Notes: a model not told the origin generated them from the letters alone. 61,553 nt of DNA, filler included, from Nitrospirae bacterium CG2_30_53_67 (GCA_001873285.1; 6 parts of 6 records of this genome joined end to end with filler, not necessarily neighbours in it), one strand, 5' to 3'. Numbered from the whole stretch's first letter, positions 49,769-60,923 are shown. Made by a program: numbers and translations.

Positions 49769-49957
49769 ATGGGAAAAAATGAAGGCACGACCGGGGTCAG
49801 GGAGACGGAAGAGAACCAGGATCACTCTTTCTGGAAACGTTACGGGCCGGATATCCTGCTCGGCATCCTGATCATCTACGTGATCCTCCTCGGAATCGGG
49901 ACCTATGCAGAACTGACTCATAATGAAAGCATTCTGAACTGGTGGATTTTCAAGTAG
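49769..49957 (+). CDS. Small single-pass membrane protein
   Basis: GAGGAG RBS; hydrophobic ILLGILIIYVILLGIG. Confidence 0.65.
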   Translation: MGKNEGTTGVRETEENQDHSFWKRYGPDILLGILIIYVILLGIGTYAELTHNESILNWWIFK

Positions 49958-49967
49958 GGAGGACATC

Positions 49968-50951
49968 ATGAGCGGGGTCATGGTCATCGGCGAAATCAAG
50001 GACGGGAAGGTCAAGAAAGTCTCGTTTGAGGCCGTCTCAGCCGGCCGGCGCCTCGGCGATCAGACAGGCCAAGAACTCTCCGTGGTCCTGGCCGGGAGCG
50101 GACTCGATGCGGTTGCTTCCGAGTTCGGAAAATACGGGGCGGACCGGGTCATCCTCCTGGAGGATCCAAGGCTCACGCCGTATTCCACGGATGGGTATGT
50201 TTCAGCCCTGTCAGGTCTCATCCAGGAGAGAAAGCCTGCCATCCTCCTGATGGGAAATTCGATTCTGGCCAGGGACCTCGCCCCCCGTCTCGCCGCCCGC
50301 CTGGGGACCGGGCTCTTGGCCGACTGTACGGAGATCGGCTTGGAAAATGAAACCCTCACGGCTCTCCGGCCCGTCTACGGCGCCAAGGCTGTTGCAAAGG
50401 TGCAGGCCGGAGGCGAGTCACCGCAGTTTGCAACGATCCGGCCCAATGTCGTTTCCCTCATTGAATTGAATCCGCCGAGAAGCGCCGTAGCGCAAAAAGT
50501 GGTCCCGCAGGTCGGCGGCATCAGAACGAAAGTGAAGGAAGTGATTCATGAAAAGCAGGGGAAGGTTGATCTGACCGAGGCCGAAGTGATTGTCTCCGGA
50601 GGGCGGGGGATGAAGAATGCCGAAAACTTCAAGATCCTCGAAACGCTCGCCGGGGTTTTGGGCGGCGCCGTGGGGGCATCCAGGGTGGCCGTGGATTCGG
50701 GCTGGCGGCCCCATAGCGATCAGGTCGGTCAGACCGGAAAGGTCGTCAACCCCAAGCTCTATATCGCCTGCGGGATATCGGGGGCCGTGCAGCATCTGGC
50801 CGGCATGGGGACATCCCGCACCATTGTCGCCGTCAACTCCGATCCCGGTGCGCCGATCTTTCAGAAGGCTGATTACGGCATCGTCGGAGATCTTTTTACC
50901 ATTGTTCCGCTTCTGACTGAGGAGCTGAAAAAAGTGCTGGGTCATGAATAA
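49968..50951 (+). CDS. etfA: Electron transfer flavoprotein alpha
   Basis: VSGGRG, GASR, QVGQTGK, GISGAVQHLAGM. Confidence 0.95.
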   Translation: MSGVMVIGEIKDGKVKKVSFEAVSAGRRLGDQTGQELSVVLAGSGLDAVASEFGKYGADRVILLEDPRLTPYSTDGYVSALSGLIQERKPAILLMGNSILARDLAPRLAARLGTGLLADCTEIGLENETLTALRPVYGAKAVAKVQAGGESPQFATIRPNVVSLIELNPPRSAVAQKVVPQVGGIRTKVKEVIHEKQGKVDLTEAEVIVSGGRGMKNAENFKILETLAGVLGGAVGASRVAVDSGWRPHSDQVGQTGKVVNPKLYIACGISGAVQHLAGMGTSRTIVAVNSDPGAPIFQKADYGIVGDLFTIVPLLTEELKKVLGHE

Positions 50952-51006
50952 AAGAAATTTCAAATTTGAAATTTGAGATTTGAAAAATAGCGGCACGGGC
51001 AAAAAT

Positions 51007-52797
51007 ATGAACGACACACTTCATTCACGTTTTCAAAAATGCGTGGACCAGTACAGGGACAAAACCGCCCTCATGTACAAGATCATGGGGCGCTACCAGA
51101 CGATCACCTGGAGGGAGTTCGGGGAATCGGTATGCCGTTTCGCCCTCGGCCTGTCCACGATCGGCGTAAAAAAAAGGGACCGCGTGGCCCTCTTGTCCGA
51201 GAACAGACCTGGGTGGCCCATCTCCGATCTCGCGATCCTTTCAGAAGGGGCGGTCACGGTTCCCATCTATCCGACCAGCACCCCCAAACAGATTGCCTAT
51301 ATCCTGAACAACTCCGAGAGCAAAGTGGTGATTGTCTCGACCGGAGAACAGCTTCAGAAACTCAAGGCCGTGTTTGATGACCTGTCGTATCTTGAAAAAA
51401 TCGTGGTCATGGATCGTTTAGAGGATACGGGCGTCATGCAATTTGAAAATCTTTTGGAGAAAGGGAAAGAACTCTTCCTTGCTCAACCCGGCCTCTATGA
51501 CGAGCATACACAGAGGACCGGTCCTATGGATACGGCCACGATTATCTATACCTCAGGAACCACCGGCGAACCCAAGGGGGTGATGCTGACGCATGAAAAT
51601 ATTCTTTTTAACTGCGATGCGGCGGACTGCGTGGTCCCGGTATCGGATGAAGACACCTGCCTCTCCTTCCTCCCATTAAGCCACGTCTTCGAAAGGACCG
51701 TCGGACAGTTCTTTATGATCTTCCACGGCATAACCATCGCCTATGCCGAAGGGATTGACAAGGTGGCCGATAACATGGAAGAGGTTCGCCCAACGCTTAT
51801 GATCTCGGTTCCAAGGCTCTTTGAGAAGATGTATGCACGGGTTCTGGAGAAGGTGCATCAAGGCCCGAAGATCCGCCGGAAGATCTTTTTCTGGGGAATC
51901 CATGTTGGAAAGAGGCTGGCTCCTTATCGTTTGCAGGGGGATAGAGGCCCCTCTTTACTCCGTCTGCGTTATGCCGTTGCGGACCACCTGGTGTTCAAGA
52001 AGATCAAAGAGAGGCTGGGAGGCCGGCTGCGGTATTTTGTCTCCGGTGGGGCGCCGCTCTCAAAAGAGATTGCAGAGTTTTTTTATGCCGCAGGCGTGAC
52101 CATTGTGGAAGGATACGGTTTGACCGAAAGTTCACCGGTGATCTCGGCCAACCGGCATGATCAGATCAGGTTCGGAACTATTGGAAAACCCCTTCCCGGT
52201 GTCGAGGTCAGGATCAGCGAGGATGGTGAAATCCTGACACGCAGTCCTTCGGTCATGAAAGGGTATTTCAAAAACGAGGAAGCGACACGCGAGGCCGTTG
52301 ATGCAGACGGGTGGCTGCATACAGGGGACGTCGGGATGATGGATGAGGAAGGTTTCATCACGATCACAGACCGGAAGAAGGATATCATCATCACGTCCGG
52401 CGGCAAGAATGTCGCTCCGCAGAATATCGAAAACCTCCTGATATCGGACAAGTACATCAGTCAGGTCATGGTCTACGGTGACGGGAGGAAATACCTCACG
52501 GGACTTGTGGCGCCGGACTTCAACATCCTGAGCGAGTATTGGGGCGCCCGTGGAGTTGCGTTCAATACTCATCAGGAGATGATCCATGATCTTAGGATTT
52601 ACGATTTCCTCCTCGATCGGATTCAAGAGAAGATGAAAGACATGGCCGGCTTTGAGCAGCTCAAGAAGATTGCACTCCTCGACCATGAACTCAGCCAGGA
52701 GAACGGCGAACTCACCCCCACCATGAAGCTCCGAAGAAAGATCATCACGCGGAAATATTTTGACCTGCTGGACAGCCTGTACGAAAAAGAATTCTGA
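51007..52797 (+). CDS. fadD: Long-chain fatty acid-CoA ligase
   Basis: YTSGTTGEPKG, GYGLTE, HTGDVG, DRKKD, TPTMK. Confidence 0.92.
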   Translation: MNDTLHSRFQKCVDQYRDKTALMYKIMGRYQTITWREFGESVCRFALGLSTIGVKKRDRVALLSENRPGWPISDLAILSEGAVTVPIYPTSTPKQIAYILNNSESKVVIVSTGEQLQKLKAVFDDLSYLEKIVVMDRLEDTGVMQFENLLEKGKELFLAQPGLYDEHTQRTGPMDTATIIYTSGTTGEPKGVMLTHENILFNCDAADCVVPVSDEDTCLSFLPLSHVFERTVGQFFMIFHGITIAYAEGIDKVADNMEEVRPTLMISVPRLFEKMYARVLEKVHQGPKIRRKIFFWGIHVGKRLAPYRLQGDRGPSLLRLRYAVADHLVFKKIKERLGGRLRYFVSGGAPLSKEIAEFFYAAGVTIVEGYGLTESSPVISANRHDQIRFGTIGKPLPGVEVRISEDGEILTRSPSVMKGYFKNEEATREAVDADGWLHTGDVGMMDEEGFITITDRKKDIIITSGGKNVAPQNIENLLISDKYISQVMVYGDGRKYLTGLVAPDFNILSEYWGARGVAFNTHQEMIHDLRIYDFLLDRIQEKMKDMAGFEQLKKIALLDHELSQENGELTPTMKLRRKIITRKYFDLLDSLYEKEF

Positions 52798-52853
52798 GCT
52801 TGATATTGATAGGCTCTGCCTCCCCGGTTTCCCGATTCCTCCGCCCATACAAC

Positions 52854-52953
52854 NNNNNNNNNNNNNNNNNNNNNNNNNNNNNNNNNNNNNNNNNNNNTTA
52901 ATTAATTAANNNNNNNNNNNNNNNNNNNNNNNNNNNNNNNNNNNNNNNNNNNN
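52854..52953. other. Artificial contig spacer
   Basis: N-run + TTAATTAATTAA + N-run. Confidence 0.99.
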
Positions 52954-53059
52954 GCTGATCCATGATGAAGCAAGGTTCCTGCTGTATGAAGATGACGAAT
53001 TGCAGGAGCAAGCGGTCGGCATGATTTCCGGAAGGGCGCTGCGCCTGATTGGGAATTAA
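52954..53059 (+). CDS. C-terminus of an unknown gene (5' truncated)
   Basis: Open frame LIHDEARFLLYEDDELQEQAVGMISGRALRLIGN*. Confidence 0.45.
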
Positions 53060-53317
53060 GGTTCATCTCCAAAAGAGTGGGTGAAAACATCAGGGGTCAA
53101 GGGGTCAAGGATTCCAGGGGTCAAGTGAAGTGCTTTTCAAGACTTGAGGGTCCGAGGGGCCAAGGATTCAAGGGGTCGAGTGAAGTGCTAAAAACATCAG
53201 GGTTCAAGGGTTACTGTGTTTTTCTCTGGAGATTTTGCTTGCATTTAAGTATTTCACTTGAATCCTTGAACCCTGGAATCCTCGAACCCTTTTTACCCAC
53301 TATATGGGAGAAGAACC
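53060..53317. mobile_element. MITE family B full copy upstream of dsrA
   Basis: TIR ggttcatctccaaaagagtgggtgaaaa/ttttacccactatatgggagaagaacc. Confidence 0.85.
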
Positions 53318-53471
53318 AAGAAAGACCTGTAAAACCCCGTCAACGGGAAGGTGACTGTTGCCGTACAGCGGGGAGAAAATAAGGTTCTTGAATGACGGTT
53401 AGTCGGTTGACGTTTTAATCATATTTCCTCCGTCCAGATGCCGGAGAGAGTGAGGAAAGGAGAAACAAAGA

Positions 53472-54677
53472 ATGGCGACTGTAAATAAAGTAGAAACACC
53501 CCTTTTGAACGAGCTCGAAAAGGGACCCTGGCCGAGTTTTGTGAAGGAACTGAAAGGGGTGGCTGGAAGAAAGCCGATGATTCAGGACCTGCTGAGGCAG
53601 CTCGAACTCTCTTATAAGGAAAAGAGAGGGCACTGGAAGCACGGGGGTCTGGTGGGTGTCATGGGGTACGGCGGAGGCGTGATCGGGAGGTATTCCGATT
53701 CCCCGGACAAGTTTCCGGCCTGCGCTCACTTCCACACGATGCGTGTGAACCAGCCGTCCGGATGGTTCTACACATCCAAGGCATTGCGGGAGCTCTGCGA
53801 CATCTGGGATGCGCACGGTTCAGGGATGACCAATATGCACGGCTCAACAGGCGACTGCGTTTTTCTGGGGACCACCACGGAGGAACTGGAGCCGATTTTC
53901 AAGGAATTGACCGACAAAGGCTGGGACCTGGGAGGTTCGGGCTCGGATGTCCGGACCCCGAGCTGCTGCAACGGGCCGGCGCGCTGTGAGTACGCCTGCT
54001 ATGACACCATGGACATGTGCTATAACATCACCATGGCCTACCAGGATGAACTGCACCGTCCCGCCTTCGCCTACAAGTGGAAATTCAAATTCTCCGGCTG
54101 TCCCAATGATTGCGTCGCCTCCATTGCGAGGTCAGACTTCTCCGTGATCGGGACTTGGCGGGATGACATCAGGATCGACCAGGCTGCGGTCAAGGCATAC
54201 TCGGATTCGGGGATGGACATCAGGGCCGACGTGATCCGGAAATGCCCGACGGCCTGCATGGGCTTTGACGGGAAGGCGATCAAAATAGATAATAAGCAGT
54301 GCAACCGCTGCATGCACTGCATCAATGTCATGCCCAAGGCCCTCCGGCCGGGCAAGGACACCGGGGCCACCATTCTGATCGGCGCCAAGGCCCCGATTAT
54401 TGAAGGGGCGCTCCTCGCCTCGGTCCTGGTCCCCTTCATGAAGCTGAGCAAAGAGGACGATTACAAGGAGTTCAAGGATCTCGTCGGACGGATCTGGGAG
54501 TTCTGGGATGAACACGGCGTCAGCCGCGAAAGGATCGGAGAGTGCATCCAGCGCGTGGGCCTCGGAAATTTCATCGAAGAGATCGGTGTGGATCCTATCC
54601 CTGAAATGGTGATGCATCCGAGAGCCAACCCCTACATCTTCTACGAAGAGTACTTCGAAGAAGGGGATGAATCATAG
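53472..54677 (+). CDS. dsrA: Dissimilatory sulfite reductase alpha
   Basis: GPWPSFV, HWKHGG, CNGPARC...GCPNDC siroheme-[4Fe4S] motif, CNRCMHCIN. Confidence 0.97.
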   Translation: MATVNKVETPLLNELEKGPWPSFVKELKGVAGRKPMIQDLLRQLELSYKEKRGHWKHGGLVGVMGYGGGVIGRYSDSPDKFPACAHFHTMRVNQPSGWFYTSKALRELCDIWDAHGSGMTNMHGSTGDCVFLGTTTEELEPIFKELTDKGWDLGGSGSDVRTPSCCNGPARCEYACYDTMDMCYNITMAYQDELHRPAFAYKWKFKFSGCPNDCVASIARSDFSVIGTWRDDIRIDQAAVKAYSDSGMDIRADVIRKCPTACMGFDGKAIKIDNKQCNRCMHCINVMPKALRPGKDTGATILIGAKAPIIEGALLASVLVPFMKLSKEDDYKEFKDLVGRIWEFWDEHGVSRERIGECIQRVGLGNFIEEIGVDPIPEMVMHPRANPYIFYEEYFEEGDES

Positions 54678-54760
54678 AAGCAGGCAAGGAGACAAACGGG
54701 AAATCATAACAATAACAATATGGATAACGGATTCAGAAATCAAAGAAGGAGGTAATCAAC

Positions 54761-55846
54761 ATGGCAGCACCCACTGCACCAAGAAAAACCGATCTCGGAC
54801 CGCCGCATTATGAACAGTTTCTCCCTCCCGTCATCAAGAAAAATTACGGGAAGTGGAAATATCATGAAATAGTCAAACCCGGCGTTTTGGTTCATGTATC
54901 GGAATCCGGAGACAAAATTTATTCGGTCCGCGCCGGATCGCCGAGACTGATCAGTGTGGACACGATCCGGATGTTCGCGGATCTGGCCGACAAGTACTGC
55001 GGAGGTTATCTCCGCTTTACCAGCCGGAACAATGTGGAATTCCTGCTGGACCAGCAGAAGAATATCGATCCCCTGATCAAGGATTTAAAGGCCAAGGGTT
55101 ATCCCGTCGGAGGGACCGGCAGCTCCATATCGAACATCATCCACACACAGGGATGGGTGCACTGCCATTCCGCGGCCACCGATGTGTCCGGGGTGGTGAA
55201 GTCCCTGATGGATGAGCTTTACGAGTATTTCGTGGATATGAAACTTCCCCACAAGCTCAAAATCGCGGCGGCCTGCTGCCTCAACATGTGCGGGGCCGTT
55301 CACTGTTCCGACATTGCGATCCTGGGCGTTCACAGGCGTCCGCCCAAGATTCAGCATGAAAACGTATCCAACATCTGCGAGATACCGAACACGGTTTCGG
55401 CCTGTCCCACGGCGGCCATCCGGCCTACGACGGTCAACGGCAAGCCGAGCGTACAGATTGATGAAGACCGCTGTATGTTCTGCGCCAACTGTTTCACGGT
55501 CTGTCCGGCCATGCCGATTGCGGATCCCTTGAACGACGGGATTTCGATCTGGGTGGGCGGGAAGGTCAGTAACGCCCGGACCGAGCCTAAGTTCACCAAA
55601 CTGGCCGTCCCATTCATTCCGAACAACCCGCCGCGATGGCCCGAGGTGACCTCTACGGTGAAGAACATCGTGAAGGTCTATGCATCGGACGGCCGGAGGT
55701 ATGAGCGGCTCAGTGAGTGGATTGACCGGATCGGCTGGCCCAAGTTTTTCAGCATGACCGGTCTTGAATTCACCAAGTATCATATTGATGACTTCAAGCA
55801 TGCCGGCGAGACCTTCAAGAGATCCACGCATATTAAATTTCAGTAA
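54761..55846 (+). CDS. dsrB: Dissimilatory sulfite reductase beta
   Basis: [36 protein letters not shown]. Confidence 0.97.
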   Translation: MAAPTAPRKTDLGPPHYEQFLPPVIKKNYGKWKYHEIVKPGVLVHVSESGDKIYSVRAGSPRLISVDTIRMFADLADKYCGGYLRFTSRNNVEFLLDQQKNIDPLIKDLKAKGYPVGGTGSSISNIIHTQGWVHCHSAATDVSGVVKSLMDELYEYFVDMKLPHKLKIAAACCLNMCGAVHCSDIAILGVHRRPPKIQHENVSNICEIPNTVSACPTAAIRPTTVNGKPSVQIDEDRCMFCANCFTVCPAMPIADPLNDGISIWVGGKVSNARTEPKFTKLAVPFIPNNPPRWPEVTSTVKNIVKVYASDGRRYERLSEWIDRIGWPKFFSMTGLEFTKYHIDDFKHAGETFKRSTHIKFQ

Positions 55847-55860
55847 AGGGGGGCCAAAGA

Positions 55861-56112
55861 ATGGCAGATAAAATGTCTGTCGAAGCAATTGCGGATGCCA
55901 TGTTCAATATCGTAAAACAGTATGCCGGGAAGAAGCGGTACAAGGCCGGCGATCTGACCAAGGAAATCCTCTCCACGTACGGGGACAAGGTCGATAAGCA
56001 GGATTGCAAGACGGCCATTCGGACTCTTATGGATTCCGGGCGCTGTATTTACGGTTATGCAGGCGGGAGCTTCATTGCCCTTCCCGGTACAGAAGGGGCT
56101 GCCAAAGGATAA
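55861..56112 (+). CDS. dsrD: DsrD
   Basis: Small basic protein directly after dsrB; KKRYKAGDL...CKTAIRTLMDSGRCIYGYAGGS. Confidence 0.8.
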   Translation: MADKMSVEAIADAMFNIVKQYAGKKRYKAGDLTKEILSTYGDKVDKQDCKTAIRTLMDSGRCIYGYAGGSFIALPGTEGAAKG

Positions 56113-56278
56113 AGGTCGTTTTCCTTTATCCATGGCATCCGGCCCTTGTCGGACGAAACAAAGTTATTGCATCAGACAGCCGGTCGCCTCCGGATTGGAG
56201 TACGCCGTTTCTGAGAGCGGCCGGCTGTCTTTTTCGCTCTTGAATGCAGAGTTCTGCTCTCAAGAAGGAGTATGTCTT

Positions 56279-57967
56279 ATGGCACTACAGGTCAAGAAAA
56301 AGAAAAGAACATTAGGCGCTCGTGTCGGTGGGAAAGGCGGTGGAGAGTCTTCCAATCTAAGGCCGAAATATTCGCCAAAGACCCCGCCGTGTACATTCAC
56401 CTGCCCAAGCAGTGAAGACATACGAGGGTACCTGACTTATATCGCTCAGTCGGAAAGCTACAACCGTTCTTATGATGAATCCTTCAAAGAGGCCTGGTCC
56501 ATCATCACCCACAACAATCCCTTCCCTGCGGTCATGGGGAGGGTATGCCCGCACCCCTGCGAGGGCGAATGCAACCGGAAGGGGAAGGACGTGGCCGTGG
56601 GGATCAACAGCATGGAGCGGTTCGTCGGCGATTACGGCATTCAGCACAAACTCCCTTTGAAAAAATTGAACGAGGGGACATTCAGTGAGAAGGTGGCCGT
56701 CATCGGGGCAGGCCCCTCGGGTCTTTCCTGTGCTTATCAGCTCGCCAGACAGGGATACCAGGTGACCGTTTTCGAGAGGTTTGACAAGGGCGGAGGTATG
56801 CTCCGTTTTGGAATTCCCATCTACCGTCTTCCCGAAGAGATCCTGGATGCCGAGATTCGGAGGATTGAAGATCTGGGTGTGGAAATCAAATACAATATAA
56901 AGATCGGCAAGGACATCACGTTTGAAGATCTCCAGAGTGAGTACAAGGCCGTCTATGTCTCTATCGGGGCCCACACCGGCTGGAACATGAATATTCCGGG
57001 TGAGGATGCCGAAAACGTTTGGACGGGCGCTGACTTCCTGCACAAGGTCAACGTCGGCGAACGATCGGATATCGGCAAGAAGGTGGTGGTCGTCGGCGGA
57101 GGCAATACCGCGATCGATGCGGCCATGAGCTCTCTCAGGATGGGGGCCGATGTGACCATCCTCTACCGCCGGACCAAGAACGAGATGCCGGCCATCGAGC
57201 ATGAGATCGCCCTTGCCGAGGAAGATGGGATTCAATTTGAATTTCTGGCCGCTCCGGTAGAAATCATCAAGAATGGAAACGGAAAGGCCGTTCAGCTCAA
57301 GGCCATTCGCATGGAACTGGGTGAACCGGATGCGTCCGGAAGAAGGCGGCCTGTTCCTCTGCCTGGCTCGGAATATACCATGGACGTGACGGCCGTTATA
57401 TCGGCCATCGGCCAGACCCCGGATTATGAAGGACTGGAGAGGTTGAAGAACCAGAAGGGGTGGGTCACCGCTAATGAGGACGGAACCACCGATGTTCCCG
57501 GCGTTTTTGCAGGCGGGGATGTGACCGTGGGACTCGGGATTGCGACGCAGGCCATCGGCCTGGGCGCCAAGACCGCCCGCGCGATCCATCATTATCTGAG
57601 GGGAACCCAGCCGGAGAAGGCGGATGAACTTCCAGTGATCCGGTATGACAAGATGAATCTCAATCACTATGTCCCGCTGGAGAGAACCCAGGTTAAGTCT
57701 CTCCCTGTGGAAGAACGGAAAGACAACTTTAAAGAGATTCATTTCACGCTGGAGGAGGCACAGGCCGTTGAGGAATCCAAGAGATGCCTGAGCTGCGGCA
57801 AGTGTTTTGATTGTGACAACTGTTTCACCTACTGCTCCGACAGCGCGGTCAAAAAGCTCTCCAAGGATATGCCTGTGGGGCAGCACTATGAGTTCCACCT
57901 GGAGACCTGCCAGGGCTGCAAAAAGTGCGCCGAAGAGTGCCCCTGCGGCTATATCGACATGATCTAA
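56279..57967 (+). CDS. dsrL: DsrL iron-sulfur flavoprotein, YRR-containing (NADP(H)-type, DsrL-2)
   Basis: KTPPC..CP, GRVCPHPCE, GAGPSG, GGGNTA, LYRR, C-terminal RCLSCGKCFDCDNC...CQGCKKCAEECPCG; AAGGAG RBS. Confidence 0.9.
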   Translation: MALQVKKKKRTLGARVGGKGGGESSNLRPKYSPKTPPCTFTCPSSEDIRGYLTYIAQSESYNRSYDESFKEAWSIITHNNPFPAVMGRVCPHPCEGECNRKGKDVAVGINSMERFVGDYGIQHKLPLKKLNEGTFSEKVAVIGAGPSGLSCAYQLARQGYQVTVFERFDKGGGMLRFGIPIYRLPEEILDAEIRRIEDLGVEIKYNIKIGKDITFEDLQSEYKAVYVSIGAHTGWNMNIPGEDAENVWTGADFLHKVNVGERSDIGKKVVVVGGGNTAIDAAMSSLRMGADVTILYRRTKNEMPAIEHEIALAEEDGIQFEFLAAPVEIIKNGNGKAVQLKAIRMELGEPDASGRRRPVPLPGSEYTMDVTAVISAIGQTPDYEGLERLKNQKGWVTANEDGTTDVPGVFAGGDVTVGLGIATQAIGLGAKTARAIHHYLRGTQPEKADELPVIRYDKMNLNHYVPLERTQVKSLPVEERKDNFKEIHFTLEEAQAVEESKRCLSCGKCFDCDNCFTYCSDSAVKKLSKDMPVGQHYEFHLETCQGCKKCAEECPCGYIDMI

Positions 57968-58045
57968 TATTTTGTCCTCCTGAAAAGAGGAGAAAATATT
58001 GTTCAAGATTCTTTAATGAAGTGGAGCGGCGCCAAGGAGTGGACC

Positions 58046-58513
58046 ATGGAAGAGATAACCTTTAGTGAAATCATCAGCTATGCCAAGATCGCAGAAGACA
58101 ACGCAAAGAAGTTTTACCTGGATGCGGCCGATATCGCAAGCCTGAGCCATGTGAAGGAATTTCTCAAGTCCCTGGCCGGCGAGGAACAGAGCCACTACGA
58201 CCGCCTGGATGCCCTGCAGAAAAACCTCAAGAAAAAGGGTATCGTGCCGAAGGTGCATGAGGCTATTCATAACTTCGGGTACGCCGACTACATCAAACCT
58301 GCGGGTCAACTGGATGAAGGCGCCTCCTACAAGGATGTTCTGGAGGCGGCCATGGCCAAGGAGAAGGAAGCGATCCAGAGTTATGACAAGTTTTCCCGGT
58401 ATGTGGATGATGCCGAGGCCAAGAAACTCTTCAATCTTCTGGCCCAGGAGGAGAAAAAGCATCTCAAGCGTTTTGAAGAGGAGTATGACGACCTCCAGGA
58501 TCAGAAATATTAA
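58046..58513 (+). CDS. Ferritin-like/rubrerythrin-family protein
   Basis: AEDNAKKFY...EEQSH; KEKEA...EEKKH. Confidence 0.85.
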   Translation: MEEITFSEIISYAKIAEDNAKKFYLDAADIASLSHVKEFLKSLAGEEQSHYDRLDALQKNLKKKGIVPKVHEAIHNFGYADYIKPAGQLDEGASYKDVLEAAMAKEKEAIQSYDKFSRYVDDAEAKKLFNLLAQEEKKHLKRFEEEYDDLQDQKY

Positions 58514-58543
58514 ACCGTAACCTGAGTGTAAGGTAGAAAACCG

Positions 58544-59395
58544 ATGTTTGAAATATTAGAGAAGAAAGTCTGGTCCGATGAAGCGCCGAAGATCAAGGAA
58601 TTCATGGTCAAGGCCCCGGAGATTGCGAAGGCCCATCACGCAGGCCAGTTCATCATCCTGATCGTGGATGAGCATGGGGAGAGAATACCGCTGACCATCG
58701 CCGATACGGACGTGCAGAGGGGGACCATCAATATCCTCTTCCAGGAGGTCGGGAAGTCGACGATGTGCCTCGGCCTGCTCAACAAAGGCGGCCGTATCCA
58801 TCATGTCTCCGGGCCTCTGGGCAAGCCCACGCATATTGAGAAGTTCGGCACGGTGGTGTGCGTGGGCGGCGGGATCGGGATCGCCCCGGTCCATCCGATC
58901 GCCAAGGCCATGAAGGACGCCGGAAACAAGGTGATCTCGATCCTGGGTTCCCGCACCAGGAACCTTCTGATCTATGAAGATAAGATGAAAAAAGTCAGCC
59001 ATGAGATCCGGATCACGACAGACGACGGGTCCTATGGCCGGCATGGCTTTGTCACGGACGAACTGAAGCATATGATCGAGGTGGAGAAGATCCCCATCGA
59101 CTTGGTTGTGGTCATCGGGCCGCCCATCATGATGAAGTTCGTCTGCAAGGTCACGGAGCCGTATAAGATCAAGACCTTTGTCAGCTTGAACACAATCATG
59201 GTAGACGGGACCGGTATGTGCGGCGCCTGCCGGGTGACCGTGGGCGGAAAGACCAAGTTCGTTTGTGTGGATGGTCCTGAATTCGACGGCCATCAGGTTG
59301 ATTTCGAAGAGATGATGATGCGCCAGCGGCAGTATCTTCCTGAGGAAAAACTGGCAAAAGAGATATGCGAGAAGCAGACCTGCCGCCAGGCTTGA
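58544..59395 (+). CDS. nfnA: NfnA (SudB-like) transhydrogenase small subunit
   Basis: GERIPLTIAD, GPLG, GGGIG, MVDGTGMCGACRV...CVDGPEF. Confidence 0.9.
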   Translation: MFEILEKKVWSDEAPKIKEFMVKAPEIAKAHHAGQFIILIVDEHGERIPLTIADTDVQRGTINILFQEVGKSTMCLGLLNKGGRIHHVSGPLGKPTHIEKFGTVVCVGGGIGIAPVHPIAKAMKDAGNKVISILGSRTRNLLIYEDKMKKVSHEIRITTDDGSYGRHGFVTDELKHMIEVEKIPIDLVVVIGPPIMMKFVCKVTEPYKIKTFVSLNTIMVDGTGMCGACRVTVGGKTKFVCVDGPEFDGHQVDFEEMMMRQRQYLPEEKLAKEICEKQTCRQA

Positions 59396-59435
59396 AAGAT
59401 TGAATCAAACCATTAAATGAGGATCAAGAGCAATT

Positions 59436-60905
59436 ATGAGTGACGAGAAACCAACCAAAGGGAGGCAGGAGACAAAACCCAAGAAGCCGAAGATTCCCAG
59501 GCAGCCCATGCCGGAACAGGATCCCCATCAGAGAGCCAAAAATTTCAGTTCCGTAACCCTCGGCTATAAACTTGAACATGCCGTGACTGAGGCCTCCCGC
59601 TGTCTGCAGTGCAAGAAACCCTTTTGCATAACCGGCTGCCCGGTTTCAATCAACATCCCGAAGTTCATCAAACTGATCCAGGAAAAGGAGTTTCTGAAGG
59701 CCGTCCAGGCTATTAAGGAAACCAATCTTCTGCCTGCGGTCTGCGGGCGTGTCTGCCCTCAGGAGGATCAGTGTGAGAAGGTCTGTGTCGTGGGAAAGAA
59801 AGGAGAACCGGTAGCCATCGGAAGGCTGGAGCGCTTTGTGGCGGACTATGAGGCGGAACACGGCGAGGTTCCCCTGCCTGAACTCCCGCCGAAGACCGGC
59901 AAGAAGGTGGCCGTGGTCGGCGCCGGGCCGGGCGGTTTGACCGTTGCCGGGGACCTGATACGGCGGGGTCACGATGTGACCATCTTTGAGGCCTTGCACA
60001 AAGCGGGAGGGGTCCTGGTCTACGGCATCCCGGAGTTCCGCCTTCCCAAGGCCATTGTGGGTAGAGAGGTGAAGTACCTCCAGAGGCTCGGGGTGGACCT
60101 GAGATTGAACCATGTCATCGGGAAGATCCGGACCATCGATCAATTGATGAAGGAGGATGGATACGATGCCGTGTTCATCGGCAGCGGGGCGGGACTCCCC
60201 TGGTTCATGGGCATCCCCGGTGAGAATCTGAACGGGGTCTATTCGGCTAATGAGTACCTGACCCGGAACAATCTGATGAAGGCCTTTGAGTTTCCGGTTT
60301 ATGACACTCCCATCAAGAAGTTCAAAAACGTGGCCGTGATCGGAGGCGGTAACGTGGCCATGGATTCGGTGCGTACGGCCCTGCGCCTCGGAGCGGATAA
60401 CGCCTACATCGTCTATCGGCGGTCCAGGACGGAGATGCCCGCCCGGAAGGAGGAGGTTGATCATGCGGAACATGAAGGGGTTCAGTTCAAAAACCTGACC
60501 GCACCGGTCCGTGTCATCGGCAACGAGCAGGGATGGGTGACCGGGCTGGAGTGCCTGAAGATGGAACTGGGTGAGCCGGATGCGTCGGGCAGACGCCGGC
60601 CGGTGCCCATCAAAGGTTCGGAGTTTACCCTCCCGATGGATGCCGTCATCATTGCCATCGGCACCAGCGCCAACCCCTTGATCGCCCAGACCACGCCGGA
60701 TCTGAAGCTGAACAAAAAAGGATACATCGAGGTGGAAAACGAAACCACCTGCCGTACCAGCAAGAAAGGCGTATTTGCCGGCGGGGATATTGTGACCGGG
60801 AGCGCTACGGTGATTCTGGCCATGGGCGCAGGGCGGAATGCGGCCAAGGCCATCCAGCAGTACCTGCAGACGGGCGAGTGGTGGAAACCCAATGGGAACC
60901 AGTAA
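59436..60905 (+). CDS. nfnB: NfnB (SudA/GltA-like) transhydrogenase large subunit
   Basis: RCLQCKKPFCITGCPV, CGRVCPQEDQCE, GGGNVAMD, YRRS, GGDIVTGSATVILAMG; paired with nfnA. Confidence 0.9.
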   Translation: MSDEKPTKGRQETKPKKPKIPRQPMPEQDPHQRAKNFSSVTLGYKLEHAVTEASRCLQCKKPFCITGCPVSINIPKFIKLIQEKEFLKAVQAIKETNLLPAVCGRVCPQEDQCEKVCVVGKKGEPVAIGRLERFVADYEAEHGEVPLPELPPKTGKKVAVVGAGPGGLTVAGDLIRRGHDVTIFEALHKAGGVLVYGIPEFRLPKAIVGREVKYLQRLGVDLRLNHVIGKIRTIDQLMKEDGYDAVFIGSGAGLPWFMGIPGENLNGVYSANEYLTRNNLMKAFEFPVYDTPIKKFKNVAVIGGGNVAMDSVRTALRLGADNAYIVYRRSRTEMPARKEEVDHAEHEGVQFKNLTAPVRVIGNEQGWVTGLECLKMELGEPDASGRRRPVPIKGSEFTLPMDAVIIAIGTSANPLIAQTTPDLKLNKKGYIEVENETTCRTSKKGVFAGGDIVTGSATVILAMGAGRNAAKAIQQYLQTGEWWKPNGNQ

Positions 60906-60923
60906 AAAAAGGATGAGAGATGA

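Noticed and set aside
9332..52953. Five identical TTAATTAATTAA motifs in N runs
   Set aside because: Artificial contig linkers. ORFs running into them and gene adjacency across them are not biological.
59436..60905. Glutamate synthase small subunit
   Set aside because: No gltB nearby and it is paired with an NfnA homolog, so NfnB is preferred.
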